64,000 bases of DNA from Antedon mediterranea (GCF_964355755.1 NC_092678.1:10538352-10602351); one strand, 5' to 3'. Positions 14,270 through 26,700 are shown, numbered from the stretch's first letter. Numbers and translations: made by a program. The notes: a model not told the origin generated them from the sequence alone.

Positions 14270-14283
14270 CACTTTGACTGCCA
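14270..14283 (+). repeat. Left terminal inverted repeat CACTTTGACTGCCA
   Basis: Exact reverse complement of 15318-15331, preceded by TTAA. Confidence 0.93.
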
Positions 14284-14769
14284 GAGGTTTTTCCAGTTAG
14301 AAACTGCCACCGCCAGCGTTTTTAGCCCAATTCGATGTTTTTATTAAAGCTGATTGAAACCATGTATGTATTCTGATTTATATGTAATTTAGACTAAAAT
14401 AATCATAAAGATTGTAGCTTTACAATGGTACCAAGAACGATTTTTAAATCGCAATATGTAAATCGTAATAGTAAAATGAACGTAACCCACTTTTTGAATT
14501 TTTCGTAGTTTCGCGCAAGAAAGTCGAGATAATCGCGATTTTGTGCAAGACATCACAATATGAAAATATCGCCCGGTGAGATCAACAAACAACGAAAAAG
14601 TTACTTACACGGCACCGATAGGCCTATAAAAACAAGTTATCACTATCGAAAAATGTATTACATTTTATAAATCATAAATCTTGCATCAATGTTTCGCCAA
14701 AATCCACATAGCAAAGACACCAGGCCTAGTTAACCAGGCCTAAAAAGTTGGTCCGGAACCGTTTTACGA

Positions 14770-14820
14770 CTAGGGCTAGGCTAGCCTAGCCTAGCCTAGT
14801 ACTACTAGCCTAGGCCTAGG
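14770..14820. repeat. Degenerate (CTAGC/CTAGG)n low-complexity tract inside the transposon
   Basis: CTAGGGCTAGGCTAGCCTAGCCTAGCCTAGTACTACTAGCCTAGGCCTAGG, which includes the perfect 18 bp palindrome GGCTAGGCTAGCCTAGCC at 14774-14791. Confidence 0.85.
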
Positions 14821-15252
14821 AGATAGTAAACTGATGATAATAACCATACCATTTCAAAACAAGTTTGTTGCGTGAAACTCGGTCACTTTCAGTAAAACAC
14901 CAAAACAATTAGGGTATACATACAATAATAAAATTAAAGACTTCATATTGAAAATGACTCCATTATTTTTTATTCAGATAACAAACAAACATGTCAATCC
15001 ACAAAAACCTTTGTAATGCTTCGGCGGCATAGCTAGCGCGCGACCGATACACAATGCGCCAAGCCATCGCTCTACGCGCTACTGTGATGCGCGGTGTTTG
15101 TTATTTCGACAGGTACCATTTTGACAGTCGTTCGTAACCAGATTAGTTACTTTCAAATTGTAAAATATTAACGGTCCAGACCGAATATAGTGTTCATATT
15201 TATAGTATATACCAATAATTAACCTATCTACCGGATTTCGTAAAAAAACGCG

Positions 15253-15327
15253 AAAAACGAAGATCTTCGTTTTTGGCAGTCAAGCGTTGTGTTTCCAAAA
15301 ACGAAGATCTTCGTGTTTGGCAGTCAA
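15253..15327. repeat. Subterminal 31 bp direct repeat (2 copies, period 44 bp), each with a palindrome plus TIR core
   Basis: AAAAACGAAGATCTTCGTTTTTGGCAGTCAA at 15253-15283 and AAAAACGAAGATCTTCGTGTTTGGCAGTCAA at 15297-15327 (one mismatch). 15253-15274 is a perfect 22 bp palindrome. Confidence 0.93.
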
Positions 15328-15331
15328 AGTG
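15318..15331 (-). repeat. Right terminal inverted repeat TGGCAGTCAAAGTG
   Basis: Exact reverse complement of 14270-14283, followed by TTAA. Confidence 0.93.
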
Positions 15332-15865
15332 TTAACAAGTTTTTTCGAAAATCACAAAATGGTCTAAAACGTCTCAAAATGCGATTTGAAGGTATTCTGA
15401 GCACTTTGGTGTTTTTGTGTGAAAAGTTTTAACGAAATGCTCAAAATGGTCTAAAACGGTTTCTAATGTGATTTTAACCACTTTGATGTTTTTGTGTAAC
15501 CAAGTTTTTTCGAAAATCACAAAATGGTCTAAAACGTCTCCAAATGCGATTTGAAGCTATTCTGTACACTTTGATGTTTTGTGTGAAAAAAGTTTTGTCG
15601 AAATGCTCAAAATGGTCTAAAACGTTTTTAAAACGATATTAAGCTATTTTATGCTCTTTGATGTTTTTGTGTAACCAAGTTTTTTCGAAAATCACAAAAT
15701 TGTCTAAAACGTCTCCGAATGCGATTTGAAGCTCTTCTGTACACTTTGATGTTTTGTGTGAAAAAGTTTTCTCGGAATGCTAAAAATGGTATAAAAACGT
15801 TTTCCAATACCATATTAAGCTATTTTGTGCAATTTGATGTTTTTGTGTAACCAAGTTTTTTCAAA

Positions 15866-17760
15866 AATCACAAAATTGTCTAAAACGTCTCCGAATGCGA
15901 TTTGAAGCTCTTCTGTACACTTTGATGTTTTGTGTGAAAAAGTTTTCTCGAAATGCTAAAAATGGTCTAAAACGTTTTCCAATACCATATTAAGCTATTT
16001 TGTGCAATTTGATGTTTTTGTGTAACAAAGTTTTTTCGAAAATCACAAAATGGTCTAAAACGTCTCCAAATGCGATTTGAAGATATTCTGAGCACTTTGG
16101 TGTTTTTATGTTAAAAAGTTTTTTGGAAAATCACAAAATGGTCTAAAACGACTCCAAATGCGATTTGAAGCTATCCTGTACACTTTGATGTTTTGTGTGA
16201 AAAAGTTTTGTCGAAATGCTCAAAATGATCTAAAACGTTTTTAAAACGATATTAAGCTATTTTGTGCTCTTTGATGTTTTTGTGTATCCAAGTTTCATCG
16301 AAATGAACAAAATGGTCTAAAACGTCTCCAAATGCGATTTGAAGGTATTCTGAGCACTTTGGTGTTTTTGTGTGAAAAGTTTTAACGAAATGCTCAAAAT
16401 GGTCTAAAACGGTTTCTAATGTGATTTTAACCACTTTGATGTTTTTGTGTAACCAAGTTCTTTTCGAAAATCACAAAATGGTCTAAAACGTCTCCAAATG
16501 CGATTTGAAGCTTTTCTAAGCACTTTGGTGTTTTTATGTTAAAAAGTTTTTTCGAAAATCACAAAATGGTCTAAAACGTCTCCAAATGCGATTTGAAGCT
16601 CTTCTGTACACTTTGATGTTTTGTGTGAAAAAGTTTTGTCGAAATGCTCAAAATGGTCTAAAACGTTTTTAAATACGATATTAAGCTGTTTTGTGCACTT
16701 TGATGATTTGTGTGAAAAGTTTTAACGAAATGTTCAAAATAGTCTAAAACGGTTTCTAATGTGATTTTAAGCACTTTGATGTTTTTGTGTAACCAAGTTT
16801 TTTCGGAAATCACAAAATGGTCTAAAACGTCTCAAAATGCGATTTGAAGCTTTTCTAAGCACTTTGGTGTTTTTATGTTAACAAGTTTTTTCGAAAATCA
16901 CAAAATGGTCTAAAACGTCTCAAAATGCGATTGAAGGTATTCTGAGCACTTTGGTGTTTTTGTGTGAAAAGTTTTAACGAAATGCTCAAAATGGTCTAAA
17001 ACGGTTCTAATGTGATTTTAAGCACTTTGATGTTTTTGTATAACCAAGTTTCATCGAAATGCTCAAAATGATGTAAAACGTTTTTAAAACGATATTAAGC
17101 TATTTTGTGCTCTTTGATGTTTTTGTGTAACCAAGTTTTTTCGAAAATCACAAAATGGTCTAAAACGTCTCCAAATGCGATTTGAAGCTTTTCTAAGCAC
17201 TTTGGTGTTTTTATGTTAACAAGTTTTTTCGAAAATCACAAAATGGTCTAAAACGTCTCAAAATGCGATTTGAAGGTATTCTGAGCACTTTGGTGTTTTT
17301 GTGTGAAAAGTTTTAACGAAATGCTCAAAATGGTCTAAAACGGTTTCTAATGTGATTTTAACCACTTTGATGTTTTTGTGTAACCAAGTTTTTTCGAAAA
17401 TCACAAAATGGTCTAAAACGTCTCCAAATGCGATTTGAAGCTTTTCTAAGCACTTTGGTGTTTTTATGTTAAAAAGTTTTTTCGAAAATCACAAAATGGT
17501 CTAAAACGTCTCAAATAGCGATTTGAAGCTATTCTGTACACTTTGATGTTTTGTGTTAAAAAAGTTTTGTCGAAATGCTCAAAATGGTCTAAAACGTTTT
17601 TAAAACGATATTAAGCTATTTTGTGCTCTTTGATGTTTTTGTGTAACCAAGTTTTATCGAAATGAACAAAATGGTCTAAAACGTCTCCAAATGCGATTTG
17701 AAGCTTTTCCAAGCACTTTGCTGTTTTTATGTTAACAAGTTTTTTCGAAAATCACAAAAT
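15866..17760 (+). repeat. Copy of window positions 1-~1895 (offset 15,865); further copies near 40.1-42.4 kb and 48.2-49.9 kb
   Basis: Diagnostic variants TCCGAATG, ACGACTCC, GCTATCCTG, TGATCTAAAA, GTATCCAAG and ATGATGTAAAA occur in the same order. ORF-track copies lie at 387, 16252, 40496 and 48611. Confidence 0.88.
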
Positions 17761-20700
17761 TGTCTAAAACGTCTCAAAATGCGATTTGAAGGTATTCTGA
17801 GCACTTTGGTGTTTTTGTGTGAAAAGTTTTAACGAAAAGCTCAAAATGGTCTAAAACGGTTCTAATGTGATTTTAAGCACTTTGATGTTTTTGTACAACC
17901 AAGTTTCATCGAAATGCTCAAAATGGTCTAAAACGTTTTTAAAACGATATTAAGCTATTTTGTGCTCTTTGATGTTTTTGTGTAACCAAGTTTTTTCGAA
18001 AATCACAAAATGGTCTAAAACGTCTCCAAATGCGATTTGAAGCTTTTCTAAACACTTTGGTGTTTTTATGTTAACAAGTTTTTTCGAAAATCACAAAATG
18101 GTCTAAAACGTCTCAAAATGCGATTTGAAGGTATTCTGAGCACTTTGGTGTTTTTGTGTGAAAAGTTTTAACGAAATGCTCAAAATGGTCTAAAACGGTT
18201 TCTAATGTGATTTTAACCACTTTGATGTTTTTGTGTAACCAAGTTCTTTTCGAAAATCACAAAATGGTCTAAAATGTCTCCAAATGCGATTTGAAGCTTT
18301 TCTAAGCACTTTGGTGTTTTTATGTTAACAAGTTTTTTTGAAAATCACAAAATGGTCTAAAACGTCTCAAAATGCGATTTGAAGGTATTCTGAGCACTTT
18401 GGTGTTTTTGTGTGAAAATTTTTAACGAAATGCTCAAAATGGTCTAAAACGGTTTCTAATGTGATTTTAACCACTTTGATGTTTTTGTGTAACCAAGTTT
18501 TTTCGAAAATCACAAAATGGTCTGAAACGTCTCCAAATGCGATTTGAAGCTTTTCTAAGCACTTTGGTGTTTTTATGTTAACAAGTTTTTTCGAAAATCA
18601 CAAAATGGTCTAAAACGTCTCCAAATGCGATTTGAAGCTATTCTGTACACTTTGATGTTTTGTGTGAAAAGTTTTAACGAAATGCTCAAAATTGTCTAAA
18701 ACGGTTTCTAATGTGATTTTAAGCACTTTGATGTTTTTGTAAAACCAAGTTTCATCGAAATGCACAAAATGGTCTAAAACGTCTCCAAATGCGATTTGAA
18801 GCTTTTCCAAGCACTTTGGTGTTTTTATGTTAACAAGGTTTTTCGAAAATCACAAAATGGTCTAAAACGTCTCCAAATGCGATTTGAAGCTTTTCCAAGC
18901 ACTTTGCTGTTTTTATGTTAACAAGTTTTTTCGAAAATCACAAAATGGTCTAAAACGTCTCAAAATACGATATTAAGCTGTTTTGTGCACTTTGATGATT
19001 TGTGTGAAAAGTTTTAACGAAATGCTCAAAATGGTCTAAAACGGTTTCTAATGTGATTTTAAGCACTTTGATGTTTTTATGTAGCCAAGTTTTTTCGAAA
19101 ATCACAAAATGGTCAAAAACGTCTCCAAATGCGATTTGAAGCTTTTCTAAGCACTTTGGTTTTTTTATGTTAACAAGTTTTTTCGAAAATCACAAAATGG
19201 TCTAAAACGTCTTCAAATGCGATTTGAAGATATTCTGAGCACTTTGGTGTTTTTCTGTTAAAAAGTATTTTCGAAAATCACAAAATGGCCTAAAACGTCT
19301 CCAAATGCGATTTGAAGCTATTCTGTACACTTTGATGTTTTGTGTGAAAAAGTTTTGTCAAAATGCTCAAAATGGTCTAAAACGTTTTTAAAACGATATT
19401 AAGCTATTTTGTGCTCTTTGATGTGTTTGTATAACCAAGTTTTTTCGAAAATCACAAAATGGTCTAAAACGTCTCCAAATGCGATTTGAAGCTTTTCCAA
19501 GCACTTTGCTGTTTTTATGTTAACAATTTTTTTCGAAAATCATAAAATGGTCTAAAACGTCTCCAAATGCGATTTGAAGCTATTCTGTACACTTTGATGT
19601 TTTGTGTGAAAAGTTTTGTCGAAATGCTCAAAATGGTCTAAAACGTTTTTAAAACGATATTAAGCTATTTTGTGCTCTTTGATGTTTTTGTGTAACCAAG
19701 TTTCATCGAAATGAACAAAATGGTCTAAAACGTCTCCAAATGCGATTTGAAGCTTTTCTAAGCACTTTGGTGTTTTTATGTTAACAAGTTTTTTCGAAAA
19801 TCACAAAATGGTCTAAAACGTCTCCAAATGCGATTTGAAGATATTCTGAGCACTTTGCTGTTTTTATGTTAACAAGTTTTTTCGAAAATCACAAAATGGT
19901 CTAAAACGTCTCCAAATGCGATTTGAAGCTTTTCCAAGCACTTTGCTGTTTTTATGTTAACAAGTTTTTTCGAAAATCACAAAATGGCCTAAAACGTCTC
20001 AAAATGCGATTTCAAGGTATTCTGAGCACTTTGGTGTTTTTGTGTGAAAGGTTTTAACGAAATGCTCAAAATGGTCTAAAACGGTTTCTAATGTGATTTA
20101 AAGCACTTTGATGTTTTTGTATAACCAAGTTTCATCGAAATGCACAAAATGGTCTAAAACGTCTCCAAATGCGATTTGAAGCTTTTCTAAGCACTTTGCT
20201 GTTTTTATGTTAACAAGTTTTTTCGAAAATCACAAAATGGTCTAAAACGTCTCCAAATGCGATTTGAAGATATTCTGAGCACTTTGGTGTTTTTATGTTA
20301 AAAAGTTTTTTCGAAAATCACAAAATGGTCTAAAACGTCTCCAAATGCGATTTGAAGCTCTTCTGTACACTTTGATGTTTTGTGTGAAAAAGTTTTGTCA
20401 AAATGCTCAAAATGGTCTAAAACGTTTTTAAAACGATATTAAGCTATTTTGTGCTCTTTGATGTTTTTGTATAACCAAGTTTTTTCGAAAATCACAAAAT
20501 GGTCTAAAACGTCTCCAAATGCGATTTGAAGATATTCTGAGCACTTTGGTGTTTTTATGTTAAAAAGTTTTTTCGAAAATCACAAAATGGTCTAAAACGT
20601 CTCCAAATGCGATTTGAAGATATTCTGAGCACTTTGGTGTTTTTATGTTAAAAAGTTTTTTCGAAAATCACAAAATGGTCTAAAACGTCTCCAAATGCGA

Positions 20701-23700
20701 TTTGAAGCTATTCTATACACTTTGATGTTTTGTGTTAAAAAGTTTTGTCGAAATGCTCAAAATGGTTTAAAACGTTTTTAAAACGATATTAAGCTATTTT
20801 GTGCTCTTTGATGTTTTTGTGTAACCAAGTTTCATCGAAATGAACAAAATGGTCTAAAACGTCTCCAAATGCGATTTGAAGCTTTTCCAAGCACTTTGCT
20901 GTTTTTATGTTAACAAGTTTTTTCGAAAATCACAAAATTGTCTAAAACGTCTCAAAATGCGATTTGAAGGTATTCTGAGCACTTTGGTGTTTTTGTGTGA
21001 AAAGTTTTAACGAAAAGCTCAAAATGGTCTAAAACGGTTCTAATGTGATTTTAAGCACTTTGATGTTTTTGTACAACCAAGTTTCATCGAAATGCTCAAA
21101 ATGGTCTAAAACGTTTTTAAAACGATATTAAGCTATTTTGTGCTCTTTGATGTTTTTGTGTAACCAAGTTTTTTCGAAAATCACAAAATGTTCTAAAACG
21201 TCTCCAAATGCGATTTGAAGCTTTTCTAAGCACTTTGGTGTTTTTATGTTAACAAGTTTTTTCGAAAATCACAAAATGGTCTAAAACGTCTCAAAATGCG
21301 ATTTGAAGGTATTCTGAGCACTTTGGTGTTTTTGTGTGAAAAGTTTTAACGAAATGCTCAAAATGGTCTAAAACGGTTTCTAATGTGATTTTAACCACTT
21401 TGATGTTTTTGTGTAACCAAGTTTTTTCGAAAATCACAAAATGGTCTAAAACGTCTCCAAATGCGATTTGAAGCTTTTCTAAGCACTTTGGTGTTTTTAT
21501 GTTAACAAGTTTTTTCGAAAATCACAAAATGGTCTAAAACGTCTCCAAATGCGATTTGAAGATATTCTGAGCACTTTGGTGTTTTTCTGTTAAAAAGTAA
21601 TTTCGAAAATCACAAAATTGTCTAAAACGTCTCCAAATGCAATTTGAAGCTATTCTGTACACTTTGATGTTTTGTGTGAAAAAGTTTTGTCAAAATGCTC
21701 AAAATGGTCTAAAACGTTTTTAAAACGATCATAAGCTATTTTGTGCTCTTTGATGTTTTTGTATAACCAAGTTTTTTCGAAAATCACAAAATCGTCTAAA
21801 ACGTCTCCAAATGCGATTTGAAGCTTTTCTAAACACTTTGGTGTTTTTTTGTTAACAAGTTTTTTCGAAAATCACAAAATGGTCTAAAACGTCTCCAAAT
21901 CCGATTTGAAGCTATTCTGTACACTTTGATGTTTTGTGTGAAAAAGTTTTGTCGAAATGCTCAAAATGGTCTAAAACGTTTTTAAAACGATATTAAGCTA
22001 TTTTGTGCTCTTTGATGTTTTTTTGTAACCAAGTTTCATCGATATGAACAAAATGGTCTAAAACGTCTCAAAATGCGATTTGAAGGTATTCTGAGCACTT
22101 TGGTGTTTTTGGGTAAAAAGTTTTAACGAAATGCTCAAAATGGTCTAAAACGGTTTCTAATGTGATTTTAAGCACTTTGAAGTATTTGTAAAAACAAGTT
22201 TCATCGAAATGCACAAAATAGTCTAAAACGTCTCCAAATGCGATTTGAAGCTTTTCTAAGCACTTTGGTGTTTTTATGTTAACAAGTTTTTTCGAAAATC
22301 ACAAAATGGTCTAAAACGTCTCCAAATGCGATTTGAAGATATTCTGAGCACTTTGGTGTTTTTATGTTAAAAAGTATTTTCGAAAATCACAAAATGGTCT
22401 AAAACGTCTCCAAATGCGATTTGAAGCTCTTCTGTACACTTTGATGTTTTGTGTGAAAAAGTTTAGTCGAAATGCTCAAAATGGTCTAAAACGTTTTTAA
22501 AACGATATTAAGCTATTTTGTGCTCTTTGATGTTTTTGTGTAACCAAGTTTCATCGAAATGAACAAAATGGTCTAAAACGTCTCCAAATGCGATTTGAAG
22601 CTTTTCTAAGCACTTTGGTGTTTTTATGTTAACAAGTTTTTTCGAAAATCACAAAATGGTCTAAAACGTCTCCAAATGCGATTTGAAGATATTCTGAGCA
22701 CTTTGCTGTTTTTATGTTAACATGTTTTTTCGAAAATCACAAAATGGTCTAAAACGTCTCAAAATGCTATTTGAAGGTATTCTGAGCACTTTGGTGTTTT
22801 TGTGTGAAAAGTTTTAACGAAATGCTCAAAATGGTCTAAAACGGTTCTAATGTGATTTTAAACACTTTGATGTTTTGTGTGAAAAAGTTTTGTCAAAATG
22901 CTCAAAATGGTCTAAAACGTTTTTAAAACGATATTAAGCTATTTTGTGCTCTTTGATGTTTTTGTATAACCAAGTTTTTTCGAAAATCACAAAATGGTCT
23001 AAAACGTCTTCAAATGCGATTTGAAGATATTCTGAGCACTTTGGTGTTTTTATGTTAAAAAGTTTTTTCGAAAATCACAAAATGGTCTAAAACGTCTCCA
23101 AATGCGATTTGAAGATATTCTGAGCACTTTGGTGTTTTTATGTTAAAAAGTTTTTTCGAAAATCACAAAATGGTCTAAAACGTCTCCAAATGCGATTTGA
23201 AGCTATTCTATACACTTTGATGTTTTGTGTTAAAAAGTTTTGTCGAAATGCTCAAAATGGTTTAAAACGTTTTTAAAACGATATTAAGCTATTTTGTGCT
23301 CTTTGATGTTTTTGTGTAACCAAGTTTCATCGAAATGAACAAAATGGTCTAAAACGTCTCCAAATGCGATTTGAAGCTTTTCCAAGCACTTTGCTGTTTT
23401 TATGTTAACAAGTTTTTTCGAAAATCACAAAATTGTCTAAAACGTCTCAAAATGCGATTTGAAGGTATTCTGAGCACTTTGGTGTTTTTGTGTGAAAAGT
23501 TTTAACGAAAAGCTCAAAATGGTCTAAAACGGTTCTAATGTGATTTTAAGCACTTTGATGTTTTTGTACAACCAAGTTTCATCGAAATGCTCAAAATGGT
23601 CTAAAACGTTTTTAAAACGATATTAAGCTATTTTGTGCTCTTTGATGTTTTTGTGTAACCAAGTTTTTTCGAAAATCACAAAATGGTCTAAAACGTCTCC

Positions 23701-26700
23701 AAATGCGATTTGAAGCTTTTCTAAACACTTTGGTGTTTTTGTGTTAACAAGTTTTTTCGAAAATCACAAAATGGTCTAAAACGTCTCAAAATGCGATTTG
23801 AAGGTATTCTGAGCACTTTGGTGTTTTTGTGTGAAAAGTTTTAACGAAATGCTCAAAATGGTCTAAAACGGTTTCTAATGTGATTTTAACCACTTTGATG
23901 TTTTTGTGTAACCAAGTTCTTTTCGAAAATCACAAAATGGTCTAAAATGTCTCCAAATGCGATTTGAAGCTTTTCTAAGCACTTTGGTGTTTTTATGTTA
24001 ACAAGTTTTTTTGAAAATCACAAAATGGTCTAAAACGTCTCAAAATGCGATTTGAAGGTATTCTGAGCACTTTGGTGTTTTTGTGTGAAAATTTTTAACG
24101 AAATGCTCAAAATGGTCTAAAACGGTTTCTAATGTGATTTTAACCACTTTGATGTTTTTGTGTAACCAAGTTTTTTCGAAAATCACAAAATGGTCTGAAA
24201 CGTCTCCAAATGCGATTTGAAGCTTTTCTAAGCACTTTGGTGTTTTTATGTTAACAAGTTTTTTCGAAAATCACAAAATGGTCTAAAACGTCTCCAAATG
24301 CGATTTGAAGCTATTCTGTACACTTTGATGTTTTGTGTGAAAAGTTTTAACGAAATGCTCAAAATTGTCTAAAACGGTTTCTAATGTGATTTTAAGCACT
24401 TTGATGTTTTTGTAAAACCAAGTTTCATCGAAATGCACAAAATGGTCTAAAACGTCTCCAAATGCGATTTGAAGCTTTTCCAAGCACTTTGGTGTTTTTA
24501 TGTTAACAAGGTTTTTCGAAAATCACAAAATGGTCTAAAACGTCTCCAAATGCGATTTGAAGCTTTTCCAAGCACTTTGCTGTTTTTATGTTAACAAGTT
24601 TTTTCGAAAATCACAAAATGGTCTAAAACGTCTCAAAATACGATATTAAGCTGTTTTGTGCACTTTGATGATTTGTGTGAAAAGTTTTAACGAAATGCTC
24701 AAAATGGTCTAAAACGGTTTCTAATGTGATTTTAAGCACTTTGATGTTTTTATGTAGCCAAGTTTTTTCGAAAATCACAAAATGGTCAAAAACGTCTCCA
24801 AATGCGATTTGAAGCTTTTCTAAGCACTTTGGTTTTTTTATGTTAACAAGTTTTTTCGAAAATCACAAAATGGTCTAAAACGTCTTCAAATGCGATTTGA
24901 AGATATTCTGAGCACTTTGGTGTTTTTCTGTTAAAAAGTATTTTCGAAAATCACAAAATGGCCTAAAACGTCTCCAAATGCGATTTGAAGCTATTCTGTA
25001 CACTTTGATGTTTTGTGTGAAAAAGTTTTGTCAAAATGCTCAAAATGGTCTAAAACGTTTTTAAAACGATATTAAGCTATTTTGTGCTCTTTGATGTGTT
25101 TGTATAACCAAGTTTTTTCGAAAATCACAAAATGGTCTAAAACGTCTCCAAATGCGATTTGAAGCTTTTCCAAGCACTTTGCTGTTTTTATGTTAACAAT
25201 TTTTTTCGAAAATCATAAAATGGTCTAAAACGTCTCCAAATGCGATTTGAAGCTATTCTGTACACTTTGATGTTTTGTGTGAAAAGTTTTGTCGAAATGC
25301 TCAAAATGGTCTAAAACGTTTTTAAAACGATATTAAGCTATTTTGTGCTCTTTGATGTTTTTGTGTAACCAAGTTTCATCGAAATGAACAAAATGGTCTA
25401 AAACGTCTCCAAATGCGATTTGAAGCTTTTCTAAGCACTTTGGTGTTTTTATGTTAACAAGTTTTTTCGAAAATCACAAAATGGTCTAAAACGTCTCCAA
25501 ATGCGATTTGAAGATATTCTGAGCACTTTGCTGTTTTTATGTTAACAAGTTTTTTCGAAAATCACAAAATGGTCTAAAACGTCTCAAAATGCTATTTGAA
25601 GGTATTCTGAGCACTTTGGTGTTTTTGTGTGAAAAGTTTTAACGAAATGCTCAAAATGGTCTAAAACGGTTTTAATGTGATTTTAAGCACTTTGATGTTT
25701 TTGTATAACCAAGTTTCATCGAAATGCTCAAAATGGTCTAAAACGTTTTTAAAACGATATTAAGCTATTTTGTGCTCTTTGATGTTTTTGTGTAACGAAG
25801 TTTCATCGAAATGAACAAAATGGTCTAAAACGTCTCCAAATGCGATTTGAAGCTTTTCCAAGCACTTTGCTGTTTTTATGTTAACAAGTTTTTTCGAAAA
25901 TCACAAAATGGCCTAAAACGTCTCAAAATGCGATTTCAAGGTATTCTGAGCACTTTGGTGTTTTTGTGTGAAAGGTTTTAACGAAATGCTCAAAATGGTC
26001 TAAAACGGTTTCTAATGTGATTTAAAGCACTTTGATGTTTTTGTATAACCAAGTTTCATCGAAATGCACAAAATGGTCTAAAACGTCTCCAAATGCGATT
26101 TGAAGCTTTTCTAAGCACTTTGCTGTTTTTATGTTAACAAGTTTTTTCGAAAATCACAAAATGGTCTAAAACGTCTCCAAATGCGATTTGAAGATATTCT
26201 GAGCACTTTGGTGTTTTTATGTTAAAAAGTTTTTTCGAAAATCACAAAATGGTCTAAAACGTCTCCAAATGCGATTTGAAGATATTCTGAGCACTTTGGT
26301 GTTTTTATGTTAAAAAGTTTTTTCGAAAATCACAAAATGGTCTAAAACGTCTCCAAATGCGATTTGAAGCTATTCTATACACTTTGATGTTTTGTGTTAA
26401 AAAGTTTTGTCGAAATGCTCAAAATGGTTTAAAACGTTTTTAAAACGATATTAAGCTATTTTGTGCTCTTTGATGTTTTTGTGTAACCAAGTTTCATCGA
26501 AATGAACAAAATGGTCTAAAACGTCTCCAAATGCGATTTGAAGCTTTTCCAAGCACTTTGCTGTTTTTATGTTAACAAGTTTTTTCGAAAATCACAAAAT
26601 TGTCTAAAACGTCTCAAAATGCGATTTGAAGGTATTCTGAGCACTTTGGTGTTTTTGTGTGAAAAGTTTTAACGAAAAGCTCAAAATGGTCTAAAACGGT

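Larger units (their letters stand above)
14270..15331. mobile_element. Non-autonomous TIR DNA transposon (1,062 bp), TTAA target-site duplication, probably piggyBac superfamily
   Basis: Unique sequence interrupts a monomer at ATG|TTAA|CAAG. TTAA lies at 14266-14269 and 15332-15335, with perfect 14 bp TIRs CACTTTGACTGCCA / TGGCAGTCAAAGTG. There is no transposase-sized ORF. A TTAA TSD with short C-starting TIRs is the established piggyBac signature; the superfamily call is inferred from the ends only. Confidence 0.88.

Noticed and set aside
14270-14275. CACTA/CACTG (EnSpm/CMC) assignment from the CACT start
   Set aside because: The terminus is CACTT and the duplication is TTAA or longer, not the 2-3 bp typical of EnSpm.
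14389-14592. 67 aa ORF inside the transposon
   Set aside because: TTG start, far too short, and no DDD/DDE or Cys-rich-domain pattern I can recognise, so it is not supported as a transposase remnant.
15115-15124. ACCATTTTGA in the insert matches the reverse complement of the satellite anchor TCAAAATGGT
   Set aside because: An AT-rich match of only ~10 bp, compatible with chance; no evidence that the satellite derives from this element.
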